A stretch of DNA of 62,891 nucleotides, counting the filler, from Cercozoa sp. M6MM (lineage: Eukaryota > Protista > Endomyxa: Ascetosporea), in assembly GCA_040357565.1 (NCBI GenBank). It is 11 parts of 11 records of this genome, joined end to end, with 100 filler letters (N's around TTAATTAATTAA, not from the genome) between each part and the next. Parts side by side here need not be neighbours in the genome. Positions count along the whole stretch, not along the records: positions 23,732 to 27,929 come from JBDODJ010001203.1; positions 28,030 to 35,317 come from JBDODJ010000639.1; positions 35,418 to 38,806 come from JBDODJ010001481.1; positions 38,907 to 42,454 come from JBDODJ010001408.1; 7 more parts are not named here. The stretch is one strand, 5' to 3'. Numbering within the stretch: the first letter of the stretch is position 1; the number at the start of each line of letters is the position of its first letter. The translations under genes were made by a program, and so were the position numbers. A model generated the notes under the pieces. That model had not been told where the DNA came from, did not search any database, and saw only the letters and a program-made list of their open reading frames with translations. Positions 24,126 through 38,927 of the stretch are shown here, one piece after another.

Positions 24126-27100
24126 GAAGCTTGTTGTCGCAAAGTTTTTCGAGCGCGACGAGCTTCTTTTTGTTCAGTTGTTTTTCGAATTGTTTCAACA
24201 AGGAGCGGCTGAGAAAATCTTCGGTAAGCCACTCCGAAGTCTCAGCATCGAATTGCACAAGATATTCAGCCGGTGCGTCGGTGTTGAGCCGTTTGTCGCT
24301 GATACGAGGAAAAGTCGATGTTTTTGTCTGCTCTGCAGGTCGTGTGGATGTTTGTTTTCGCACGCGAGAGTAGTCAACGCCGAAGTAAGGTTTTAAGGTG
24401 CGGACGTTGACAATGCGTTCTTCTTGGCTCTCTTGATGCTTCAAACGGTAGTTTAGTCCCTTGTTCAGTCGCTCCACGACTATCCAGGGTCCTGACCAAC
24501 GTGGAAGAAACCTCTTTGTGCCACGTGGTTGTCCAACTGGAGGCGGCACTTTCGAGACATTGAACCAGACGAGGTCGCCAGCTCCATATGCAACAAGTTG
24601 TTCCTCAGAGCTTTGATCGGGTGCGTAGACCTTTGCTTGTTCTCGTTGATGCACATCGGCGAGTCGGCGCAAGCGGTGTAGTATACGTCGTACGCTGGTG
24701 AAGTACTTCTTTGAGTCCTTTGTCACGTCCGTTGTTGCGTGATATTTTCTCTCATTGCGTTCTTCCGTGGGATATCGCGGTTTTCGGCCAAACATGAGTT
24801 CAAAAGGAGTGTACTTCGTCGAAGAATGAACTGTGGCATTGTACGCAAATGCGATGAGTGGGGCAAAGCGTCCCCAGTTGTCCATCATCTTGAACTGTCG
24901 CGTCAACAGAGACAAGGCCACTCCAATGAATCGATTCACTCGTTCAGTAGTGCCGTTGCACTGTGGATGGTATGCAGTTGTCAGCAGCTTCTTGATCTTG
25001 AGAACACGTTGCATTTCTTGAAAGACTTCAGACAAAAAGCGTGGATCCCGATCTGATAGCGTGCTTTCTGGAATGCCGAATCGCAAGAAGATTGGAAGAA
25101 GAACATGAGCGACCGACGACGCCTCAGAGTTCTTGAGTGGGACAATTTCAATGAACCGTGTGAATTTGTCAACGACGACTAGAAGCCAAGTGTTTTCTTC
25201 TTCTGTTGGAGGGAGCGGACCGATGAGATCGAATGCAACGATTTCGAATGGTTTTGTCGCAAAGAAAGCTGTTAGTGGAACTGATTTCTTGCCCTGGTGC
25301 GCCTTTTGCTGAGCACACAGAAAGCAAGTTTTGACAAAGTCACGAGCATCCCTTTGCATTGTCGGCCACCAGTAACGTCTTTGCAAGAGTCCAAGTAGTT
25401 TCGGGTTCCCTACATGGGCACCTACAGGCGAGTCATGATGGAAGTGCAACACCGTGTGCTGAAGCCCTTGAGGAACGACTCGGACAACAACGTCACTGTC
25501 GTTCCGATATAAGAGGACATTGGTCTCTTTCTGAAGACTGAAGCGCGACACCCGCGGTTGCAAAGTCGAATGGATTTGTTCCAAGTTCTCTAATTGGGGC
25601 TTTTGCAGGTATTTCACCAAAGGGCCGAAAAGAATGTCATTTTCCTGCTGCTGCTGGTATTCTGAGGCTGACGGTAGCTGGAACAGGTCTTCTTGTTTTG
25701 GAGCTGCTGTGGACAGTTCGAGACATGCATTTTCGTCTTGCGTGTTTTGTTTTTCGCCGAAGTTTGGCAACGATTCCATCTCGGAAAAGTAGTCAGAGTC
25801 GATTGGGTATCGTGACAATGCGTCTGCGATTGAGTTGTACTTGCCCGGAACGTGTACCAACTGGTACTGAAATTCGTTCAGCTCAACCACCCAGCGCCGC
25901 AGCTTCGAGGTATTTCGCAAAGGCAAATAGGTCAGATTTCGGTTGTCCGTGACAGCAATGAAGGGCTTCATTATCAGAACAGAGCGATGGTCTCGACAAG
26001 CAGTCACAAAAGCAAACAGTTCTTTCTCTTCTATCGGCCAGTTTTGTTGTGTTGAATTGAACTTTCGGGAGCCGAAGGAGCACACGTGATATCGGCTGTC
26101 TTCGTGCTTTTGAAGAAGAGCATAGCCTGCGCTTGTGTCGCTTGCATCGAACAACACATAAAAGGTCAAATCGCTTCGAGGAAGGGCAAGGGCAGGAGCA
26201 GATGACATGGCAGTTTTTAGAGCATCAAGCGCACGTTGCTGTTCTTCGTCCCAGATGAAGGGCGTACTGTTGCGCAAAAGTTCCACCAAAGGGCATGTGA
26301 TCTCAGCGAAGTTTGGTATGAACTCGCGGAAGAAGCCTGCCATTCCCAAGATGTGTCGCACTTGAGACTTATTCGTAGCCGGAAGTAAGTTCTTGACAGC
26401 CATCACCCCCTTTTCCAAAGGTGTGCGAACACCAGTTTTGCAATCGACTTTGAAACCCAACATTGTCGTCGATAGGACTGCAATGGCACATTTTGTTGGA
26501 TTCAATCGAAGGCGGTATCGTCTACACCGTGCAAAAATCAGAGCAGCTCGCGCGAGAAGCTGTTGGAGGCTCGAAGCGCCTGCAATGAAATCGTCAATGT
26601 AGATGAAAAGAAACTTCCAAATCATGTCAGAGAACATTTCATTCATCTTTTGTTGGAAGACCATCGGGCTGTTGACCCAACCAAATGGTAGACGAGTCCA
26701 AGTCAATACTCCCTTTCGAGTCCTGAAGGCGAACACTTCTTGAGCAGCTTTCGAAATTGGGAGCTGCCAAAAGCCTCGCGTCGCATCAAGACGGAGTAGA
26801 ATGCGGAAATCGCTCAGTGCGGCAAAGATGTCTTTTGAACGTGGAATTGAGCAGCTGTAGCTTTTCGATTGTGCATTGACGTAAACCGAATAATCCGTAC
26901 AGGCACGAATACTTCCATCGCTTTTCAAGACGTACACCATTTCGCTTAGCCAAGGACTGTGGATGTAGCGAACGACTCCTTCTTTCAGGTATTGGTCAAA
27001 AAGTTCATCCGCCTTAGCCTCAACGTGTGGCGCCCGATGCCGTGGTTTTGTGATGCCTGGTTGCGCATTTTCACGTAACTGAATGCTGATTGGGTGAATA

Positions 27101-27903
27101 TACGCTGTTCTTGGGTGTGAAAAGCAGTCGCCAAACTGCGTGAGGAGAGTTGTTGCGAGGAACTTCTCTTCAGGTGTCAGATGGGATCCGACCTCGACCT
27201 TTGCACTTTCTGAGATTCCATCCAAGTAGTCTGCGAGCCAGTCTGGGTCTTTCTCGCACCTTTCACGTGAAACTGTCATGTCTTCTTGGAACTGCGCCTG
27301 CTCTCTCTCGGACATCTCGAAAGTGATCTCAGCTGGCAGTACGGAAAACGCTTGGTCGAAAAGTTCATTGGCGCTCTTATCATCCGGAACAGAACTGTCT
27401 GATGAATTTCGCAACATTTCATGATCTTCGAGGAAGAAAGCTTGAACTGTGCCAACATCAGTGCCGTTCTCCAACGTCAAGTGTTTTCCCGAGTTGTTTA
27501 GAAGTGGCAACGCTATCGTGGCGTTTGCATCTTCTGGAACCGGAAACAACATGTTCATCGAGATGTTGTCGTCTGACAAAACGATGGAGTGAGCAGCTCG
27601 CATGAACATTGAGTCGGGCTGGAAGGTCAGCGTGTCTGCCGTACTCGGAAACTTGCTTTTGGAACTCGGCAAATGAATTTTGAAGGGCACATTCACAACG
27701 TTTTTCGGAGGAACCGTTCTAGAACGTGGAACATCACAGACTGCCGCCGCGATAGGCAAAAGTCGCAGTGCGTACAGAGAGGTTGCTTTTGAATCATAGG
27801 ATGGTTTTTCATTCATAAGCGGTAGCGAGAAGCAGCACGGCTTCTTGAATGAAAGCGTGAAGCAGTCACCTACGAGTTGTGACGAGCGCGTCTTGAGCAG
27901 CAT
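24058..27903 (-). CDS. pol: Gypsy pol polyprotein (RT, RNase H, integrase, GPY/F, degenerate chromodomain-like tail), 5'-truncated
   Basis: LDATRGFWQ, LPFGWVNSP, FIYIDD, FDASD, ADALSR, HH(D)...H...CFLC zinc finger, DLIGPL, SDRD, NGTTERVN, PRWSGPW and EYLVQF...EW. Confidence 0.95.
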   Translation of the reverse strand: MLLKTRSSQLVGDCFTLSFKKPCCFSLPLMNEKPSYDSKATSLYALRLLPIAAAVCDVPRSRTVPPKNVVNVPFKIHLPSSKSKFPSTADTLTFQPDSMFMRAAHSIVLSDDNISMNMLFPVPEDANATIALPLLNNSGKHLTLENGTDVGTVQAFFLEDHEMLRNSSDSSVPDDKSANELFDQAFSVLPAEITFEMSEREQAQFQEDMTVSRERCEKDPDWLADYLDGISESAKVEVGSHLTPEEKFLATTLLTQFGDCFSHPRTAYIHPISIQLRENAQPGITKPRHRAPHVEAKADELFDQYLKEGVVRYIHSPWLSEMVYVLKSDGSIRACTDYSVYVNAQSKSYSCSIPRSKDIFAALSDFRILLRLDATRGFWQLPISKAAQEVFAFRTRKGVLTWTRLPFGWVNSPMVFQQKMNEMFSDMIWKFLFIYIDDFIAGASSLQQLLARAALIFARCRRYRLRLNPTKCAIAVLSTTMLGFKVDCKTGVRTPLEKGVMAVKNLLPATNKSQVRHILGMAGFFREFIPNFAEITCPLVELLRNSTPFIWDEEQQRALDALKTAMSSAPALALPRSDLTFYVLFDASDTSAGYALLQKHEDSRYHVCSFGSRKFNSTQQNWPIEEKELFAFVTACRDHRSVLIMKPFIAVTDNRNLTYLPLRNTSKLRRWVVELNEFQYQLVHVPGKYNSIADALSRYPIDSDYFSEMESLPNFGEKQNTQDENACLELSTAAPKQEDLFQLPSASEYQQQQENDILFGPLVKYLQKPQLENLEQIHSTLQPRVSRFSLQKETNVLLYRNDSDVVVRVVPQGLQHTVLHFHHDSPVGAHVGNPKLLGLLQRRYWWPTMQRDARDFVKTCFLCAQQKAHQGKKSVPLTAFFATKPFEIVAFDLIGPLPPTEEENTWLLVVVDKFTRFIEIVPLKNSEASSVAHVLLPIFLRFGIPESTLSDRDPRFLSEVFQEMQRVLKIKKLLTTAYHPQCNGTTERVNRFIGVALSLLTRQFKMMDNWGRFAPLIAFAYNATVHSSTKYTPFELMFGRKPRYPTEERNERKYHATTDVTKDSKKYFTSVRRILHRLRRLADVHQREQAKVYAPDQSSEEQLVAYGAGDLVWFNVSKVPPPVGQPRGTKRFLPRWSGPWIVVERLNKGLNYRLKHQESQEERIVNVRTLKPYFGVDYSRVRKQTSTRPAEQTKTSTFPRISDKRLNTDAPAEYLVQFDAETSEWLTEDFLSRSLLKQFEKQLNKKKLVALEKLCDNKLRRGEMLLHIFSSHCSDPSAWRS

Positions 27904-28029
27904 TCAAATTTTTCACAACAGCGCATTTCNNNNNNNNNNNNNNNNNNNNNNNNNNNNNNNNNNNNNNNNNNNNTTAATTAATTAANNNNNNNNNNNNNNN
28001 NNNNNNNNNNNNNNNNNNNNNNNNNNNNN

Positions 28030-31544
<3,515 letters not shown>

Positions 31545-32721
31545 GTCTCTATGCGTTTCATCTGATCGATACACATACCGTAAATCTTACTTGTAGTGGA
31601 AAATCATGTCGCCTTTAATTCCCGCCTCTGTCAAATCCAACCTGTGTCCCCTGTTTTCTCTCCATTACTAAGTTACAACATGTTGATAAAACCTTTTTCC
31701 CGACAGAAGCATCACGAGTGGCGATGGTGCCTCGGAGCTAGAAGAACTATTCAGCCTGCAGTCGCTTCCTGCCATGGTGGGTGGGCACGCTACGGTAACA
31801 CCTTTGCACTGGCGACATCATTGTTTCACACCTTTTGTGTTCCAAGGATGAGGCAGCTATTGAAATGTTGGACGAGGTTCGACGCACCGTGATGCCGTAA
31901 ACTCTTTATTTTTTCAATGTCCACCTTTGATAGTTTATTGGCCATGTTGCTGTTCCATTAGACTTCTGCCTCAACCCAAAGCGTTTCCCACAGATGAAGA
32001 CTTCATGCAGGTAGAATCCTCCCTCGCCTCGATGTTTTCTTCATTCGTTGTATCGATTCTGTGAGGTTGTTTAAACCAGGTGCGCATCCCTGCAGGCGCG
32101 AAGGCGCAAGTACTGCACCTAGACATTCCTGCTGGACAGGTCGGTCGCATCATTATCTGCATTAACACCAAGGGTAAACTTAACTGAAGTAGAGGCAACT
32201 CAACTTGTATTTAGTGTGTTTTGCTCTTGACAGATGTGAAAGTATCGGTGCACACCTCGCGTGACGACACGAATGAAGGCACGACACTTGAAACTGCGTC
32301 TGTCTTCGCCTTTAGGAATGCCACTCGAGTGCCGGGAAGTGATGTCTCCTGCACCTTGGTTAGTCATTTTTTAATGCATAATGAAGTTAGCCTTTTACGA
32401 ATGTACCGTAAGCAGGACACGTCAAACATGCTTCTGCGGGAAGAGCGACGGATCACACCGGCTCGCAGTTCGCTCTGCGTGTTTCGCAACACCACGACTG
32501 ACGCTGTGGGTGTTGAAAACAATGTGCGCGCTGGAACTGTCAAAAGCGGAGTGCTGCGCGCTGTGCTCGTACGACTCTCCAACAGTGCCTGTGTATTCAA
32601 TACACCTAGAAACATGTTGTCGTTGTTGTTGATCAGACTATCGACAACAGCTATTCGCGTTGGACAGCCAAGGACGTTCTTGTGTATACAGAGGTGCACG
32701 AGCTCGCTCATTTAGACGGAT

Positions 32722-33683
32722 TGAAATAATTTATTTTGATCCTCAACCTGTCCTTCTCGTCTCCCGTCCACGGGAGGTTAGGTATTCGTATTACTACACA
32801 TTTGATCCAGCCTGAGGTTGCTAGTGTACCCCAATCCGCGACCGACGGCTCGCCCTCTCCTGGCTTATAATTAGTCAGTCACTTCAGTCTCGACTCAGTT
32901 CCCCCTTTAAACTTACGGCTCTTCGACCCACTGAGTGAAGGTTCACTTGGTGCACTGATCTCGCCTTGTTTATAAGCCTAACTCCCAGGTGCTAGCGTAT
33001 GCGTAATCGACAGCGCTGCGAATCAGTACGTATTACGGGTAGCTACACAACTACAAAAACGAACAAGCGAGTACGTTTACGAACTGTCGGCACTCCTTCG
33101 GTGCTGCTAAAAGTTTGGTCGCCGGGGCAGTGCGGAGTCGACACGAGCTCCGGCTGTATCCGTCGTATTCAATCATACTGTTACGGCATAAATTTAGCGT
33201 TTCTCAACCAGTCAAGTTGTCATCTGACTACTCGTCAGCGCGGAAGATCAAATCTGAACCAGTATGGTTAAAGTGAAGGATTTGTTTTGCTAGGTATCTC
33301 CTGCATTACATCCTGAGGCTTCTACCTTGCATTGTCAAGTGTTGTGCAGACCTGACTTTCTAGCTTGGGTCAAGCTTTCTACAGCTCACGCACTTTGACT
33401 GCAGGTATCTTTTCTCCAGCTTCCTTCTACGGAGCTCTTGTCCCTTCGCACTTGATACGTTCTGCCGTGATAGTGCTTGGGCTGTTTTCTTTTAACTGCC
33501 ATCAACAAGCCTTCGAGCTTTCGACGACCTTTTCTACAAGCGAAGGGTATCGTATGTCTTCTAATCCTCCGCGTCGACGCCATTCTAACTGACTTTTACT
33601 TCCTTTATTTAGTCGAGTCGTCTTCAATACCTTAGTTACTGGTTTCCATACCGTAACATAGATACTGGTTTCACACCGTAACA
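32722..33683 (-). mobile_element. Possible solo-LTR-like or structured non-coding segment
   Basis: The minus strand starts TGTTACGG (duplicated 20-nt end), contains TTATAA twice and AATAAA, and ends ...TTCA. No target-site duplication was found. Confidence 0.25.
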
Positions 33684-33839
33684 ATACGGTAGTAACTTCT
33701 ACGCATACTACGTACTCGCGATCGTTCGACTCCGTTCAAATCGAATCATGCAGCCGCAGCAGCATAAGCAGGCTTTCGTTTCCCACCGACCTACTGCACA
33801 AGCAGTCGTTGCGCGTGTGCCACCAGCTGCCGCTGCGTC

Positions 33840-35245
33840 TTGCGCATCACACGTTCCAACCGCGTGCTCTCCAGCTATGCGCATACCGTAAAAATCTCTA
33901 GAAGACAACACAAGCACGTTGGGCAAGTACCTCAAAGTCGAGGTCGTATTCCATGCCGCTCATGACGTGCTGGAGGTGCGTGCGCCAGACAGGGCAGTAC
34001 CTTTCCAGTAGAAGCTCCTCCTGCTCAGGCGTTACCTTGACCATGTCAGAATCGTACTCATTGTGCTCCCTCGGCTCGTCATCATCCTCCGCTGCCAGAC
34101 GCATGCCTGTACTCACGCGACAAAGTGCAGATATGCACGCGTGGCGTGTTAAAAAGCTACGCTCACGACGCGCGTGTTCGACGGCATAGAGTTGCTTTTC
34201 TTCCACCTCCGAAATAAGTCCCTGTTGCAAAGCACAAATACACATAGCAATCAAGTTAATGGTAAATTTATCGACTGGATAATGTACGACAGAGAGTCGA
34301 TCGATGACTGCTTGCGGATCAGTGCGGAGCTCGTCGGCTACAGTTCAGCGGACGCTCCATACCCCATCTTCGGGTGAGTACAAGCACGTCACATACCATA
34401 CTCTAGCATGAGATTAACGCGTGCCCTCTCGTTGACCTTCAAGGTCTACAAACGTGCACACGAAAATGCAGACAGAAACACATGTAAACTGAAGTTACCT
34501 GACAGAGGGCCGTGGCGAGCCGCAGCGGCAAGGCACCGGCCAGACGTTCCCTCGCCGAGTCGCTGTCAGATAGATACCAATGCGTATACACCACATGAAT
34601 ACAGCACGTAAGTTTACGATACGTGTACTGACGCAAAAGATGCCAGCGCTCCGTCGCAGTCAAGTCATCTACACAAGAAGTGTGCTCAGTGAACTGTCCG
34701 GCACAGATGCCCGCATGCACATTACCAGCACGGAGAACAAGAGCCGACGCGCTCGAAAGGAAGGTACTTGACTGGTGATTCCAGTCGCCCCTGTGTTCGA
34801 GGAGTATACCAAGAGAGCGGCCCAAAGCAATAAAAGACGGTACTTTGGCGTTTGCACGTCAAAGATCTGGTCGATGATAGCTTTGGCGCGGTGGTAACTG
34901 ACCATGTTGTCTGCTTGAATGACCAAACATATCCACACACACGACAAAATGCATACACAAGGTACTTGGGTTGGAACGTGCGTCACTGGCAACAACGTCA
35001 AACACGAAGCGGTCATTGTGCAGCAGCCTGCAGACACATACACACTCACTATGCCTGTGACTGTGAGAAAACGTACAGCTTGCGGTATGTCTCGCCAAGT
35101 GCAGGGCTGTGGCACGCTACTTTCAGAAACCTGCGCAGGCAAGTGAATCACTCAAGGCAACCGAGGCTATTGTCAGTGGCAATACCTGTCGTGTGATTCG
35201 TGTGTTCGCGGCAGCAGGTGCAGCAGATGCACCAAATCTGTAGCC
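33840..35245 (-). CDS. Hypothetical protein, 3' exons
   Basis: Spliceable blocks such as ADNMVSYHRAKAIIDQIFDV..., GLISEVEEKQLYAVEHARRERSF... and LLERYCPVWRTHLQHVMSGMEYDLDFE. Confidence 0.5.
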
Positions 35246-35267
35246 ACCTACACAAACACTTGGCATG

Positions 35268-35317
<50 letters not shown>

Positions 35318-35417
35318 NNNNNNNNNNNNNNNNNNNNNNNNNNNNNNNNNNNNNNNNNNNNTTAATTAATTAANNNNNNNNNNNNNNNNNNNNNNNNNNN
35401 NNNNNNNNNNNNNNNNN

Positions 35418-35584
35418 TGTGTGTGTACCTCTGTCCGAGACAGAGAGCAAGTGAGTGTTGTGCAGGTCTGACGCTGAGTGCCGCGCGGACGTCGCTCTCG
35501 CGAGACCCGGCGTGTGACAGGCTGTTTTGTGACAAGCTGCGTGTCGGCACACATGCCTTCATCACGCTGCATTTCCTTGGTATG

Positions 35585-35667
<83 letters not shown>

Positions 35668-35967
35668 CACATACACATACACACACACGGGCGCGCACTG
35701 TTGAGCAGTCTTGTACGCCCGAGGTCCGGCCACTGTTCAGCTTTCGGATTCGCTGCCTCGACTGGACTTGTTCCTGCACTCTGATGACAACAACAACGGC
35801 AACAACGGCAGCAGCAACAACAACAACAACAACAACGGTGACAGTGGCAACAACAACAACAGTAGCANNNNNNNNNNNNNNNNNNNNNNNNNNNNNNNNN
35901 NNNNNNNNNNNNNNNNNNNNNNNNNNNNNNNNNNNNNNNNNNNNNNNNNNNNNNNNNNNNNNNNNNN

Positions 35968-36015
<48 letters not shown>

Positions 36016-36700
36016 ACACAAGGCCAACCAACCGTACGCCTGCGTGAACACATTACACAGCGATGCCCCGAGAAGCAAGGCATGTGAATTGGTCGGCAGT
36101 TGCACTTCAACGCCTACATACACGAAAGTCGCAAGGGCAGAACAAACACTCAGCATGTGGCGAGCTACCTGAACTGTTGTCACCTTCGAGCAGGTCATGC
36201 GCAGGCACGTGCACTGTTACATTGCGGATCGCCAAAGCATGCTCCGGTATTCCTGTACACCCCACATTCTCGCAGTGAATCGCAGCAGTGAATCTCGGCA
36301 CACCTTCTATCTCGTCGCTATCCGTGGTAATGGAAGGAACGGTAGTGCCTGCACTGCTTTCGCTGGCCGTGTGGTCGGCTTCACAGTTCGACAGGACGCG
36401 TAGCACCGACGGACGGAAGTCCGCGTGCTCAACACTGAGCGTGTCGAGCGATGGCGGACGATCGATCTGCGGTGAGCATAACCAACATCTTACAACACGC
36501 ATCCAGGTCGCGGGAAAGGGTTGTACAGGAGGCATGAAGCTCAGCGCATCTTGTTCTTCGTTGAAAGGCGGGGGTTGAAGTCCCGTCACACCGATGTTCA
36601 AGATATCGTCATTGTTGCCGTTTGCAACGAAAGTCCGCTCGGGATTGCCGCCGTTTGCGACGTCGCCACCAGCCTGCGCGCTCTCATCTTCATCGTCCAT
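35418..36700 (-). CDS. Hypothetical protein, 5' part
   Basis: Long first exon MDDEDESAQ...CLFCPCDFRVC, followed by microsatellite introns. Confidence 0.45.
35785..35867 (+). repeat. (AAC)/(GCA) trinucleotide repeat abutting a scaffold gap
   Basis: Read directly. Confidence 0.85.
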
Positions 36701-37396
36701 TCTGCGTGCACGCACAGCACTGGAAACAGAAGAAACGTGGTCACACATCGCGATCAATGAGCCCAGCGAAGCAGGAGTAAGAGCACCTAGGAGTTCCTGA
36801 CAGCTTTCGGGGTCCTAACGTCTATCAACAAGATGATCACACTAAGCAGATGTCTGCAAGCTTGTGCAGGGCCGGCCCGAGAGCTTGGTCAGGGAGTCAG
36901 TCCGAGTGGACTAAAATATTAAAGCAGCGTTCCGGAAACGCCTGCAGCACGCCTGGCTTTCTGATTAAAATCTTGAGTGCACAGACGTGTGTTTCAATTG
37001 TTCTAGTAGTTTGCAGGTTTTTTGAAAGGTAGGTGCACGCGCTTTTTGAAATCATCACCTTTGCCGTTTGCATGTGCGAAACGGCAATTTGTTGGCATCC
37101 CAGATGTGCGCACACACTCTGAAATGTACCAATGTTGCGATTTGCTTGTTTAAAGCAATCGGCACAGCCGTTTTGCCTTTGCATGAGACGACTTGTTTTT
37201 TTGCACATGTTTTTGTTTTTCTTTGCTTGTTTTGTGTTTTTGTTTTGTTTGTTCTGTTGTTGGGAAGAGAGGATTGTGCTGACATTCGTTTTTGGCAGTG
37301 TGTAGAAATTGATTCGCGACAATGGCGACAAAGAAGAAGGCACAGGTCGAGGTATTCATTCATTCGTTCTTTGCGAGGTCCTTGATCAGTGTGTCG

Positions 37397-38070
37397 ATGG
37401 CTAACCGTGCTGACAGATGACGCTGACCGTGCACACGGCCGAGATTGAAAACGCTAAGCCGAAAAATTCTGCTTCACTCGGCGGATTTGAGATCGTTTGG
37501 AAGGTAGTAATCTTTGATTCCGCAGCATCATGTTTGTTCCTTACCCCCCCCCCCTTGTAGGACCCGACCAACAAGGCGGAACAGTCGACGCGACGCGTCA
37601 ATGGCGAGGACCCCGGGCGTTACTTCTGTAGCGTTACCCTCTTCTACCCTCACCCTCCCCATTACTCCGTCTATTATTGGATCCATGACAGGGAACTTCA
37701 ACGGTCAGGAGCTTACGCAGACCATCACAGTGCGACTGGACAAGGTGTGCCTTGTGTTTTGTTTCTGTGTGTCTGTGTGTCTGTGTATGTGTTGCTCCAT
37801 GCATCTCGTCTGTTTGTGCGCAGCCGCACGCGTCGCGTCTCAAGCTCTGCATTCGCGGAAAGACCATCGGCAAGGGCGAGCTCGATCTGGTGCGTGTGAC
37901 CCCTTGTCATTGCCCCCCCCCCCCTCTCTTACCCTCTCTTACCCCTTGGCACCTTGGTTTGCAGAGCGAGTACGTGCCGCACCTAAACGCGACCGAACCT
38001 GTGCGTTCGCGTGTGCAGCTCAAGGTAGAGTGCCTGTGTGTGTCTATCGTGTGTCTATCGTGTGTGTCTA

Positions 38071-38112
<42 letters not shown>

Positions 38113-38745
38113 ATGTGTGTGTGCATGTGCCGTGATACCTCTTTGTCGCAGGAGCTGAGCAAGACCTTCAAGAAGGGCAAGTGCTTCATCGACCTGTCAG
38201 TCAGCATGCGCGAGGTGGCCGGTACCCCTGTCCCTGTGCGCACGTGACTGAGTGCCCACATGGTTGTGACTGGCTGACCATGTGATGAGTGATCTCGTGG
38301 ATTGGTTTAGGTGAACCTTCAGCCGTCTCGCAGCGCCGCGGAAGTCGCCGCTTGTCGCTGTCGGTGCGTTCTTTGATCCTTTACCCCCCCCCCCCCCGCT
38401 TATTCCCAGCACATAGGTGACTCGCCGCGGTTCCACGGCCTCGCAGATGTCTACGGTGTCTGCGGTCGAGGCAGGTAGTCACCCTTACCCCATGCCATCC
38501 CTGCCGTGTGAGCCCTTGACTGATGGTTCTGCCGACAGGCGAAGACACGCCGAGCGAGAGCGGCAGTGTGCACTCGACTGCACCTCCTTCCAGTGTACAG
38601 CTTGACCCCTTTCGCCTGTGTGTGTGTGTGTATGTGTGTGTGTGTGTATGTGTGTGTGTGTGTGTGTGTGTGTTTGTATAGGCTAAGGTGGCCGAGTTGG
38701 AGGCTGCGCATGTTAAGAGTCAGGAGGAGCTCGGTGAACTCCAGG
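37397..38745 (+). CDS. NT-C2 (EEIG1/EHBP1-type)-like domain followed by the start of a coiled coil; 5' part with about 10 tiny exons
   Basis: MTLTVHTAEIE...FEIVWK|...GNFNGQELTQTITV|...LKLCIRGKTIGKGELDL|SEY...|GKCFIDLSVSM follows the NT-C2 strand pattern. Confidence 0.55.
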
Positions 38746-38927
38746 TGCGTTTTGTCCACTGACCTTTCTGTTCTCTCATAGATGGTGTATGTGTGTGTGT
38801 GTGTGTNNNNNNNNNNNNNNNNNNNNNNNNNNNNNNNNNNNNNNNNNNNNTTAATTAATTAANNNNNNNNNNNNNNNNNNNNNNNNNNNNNNNNNNNNNN
38901 NNNNNNGGGGGGGGGGGGGTAAAAACT

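Larger units (their letters stand above)
23732..27929 (-). mobile_element. Ty3/Gypsy LTR retrotransposon occupying the whole contig (pol plus partial 3' LTR)
   Basis: Intronless 1281-aa ORF with domain order RT, RNase H, integrase. Confidence 0.95.

Noticed and set aside
32785-32830. U2 snRNA-like string on the minus strand (GGCTGGATCAAATGTGTAGTAAT)
   Set aside because: Only a short resemblance around GTAGTA. There is no convincing 5' end, stem IIa or Sm site, so it would need a cmsearch hit.
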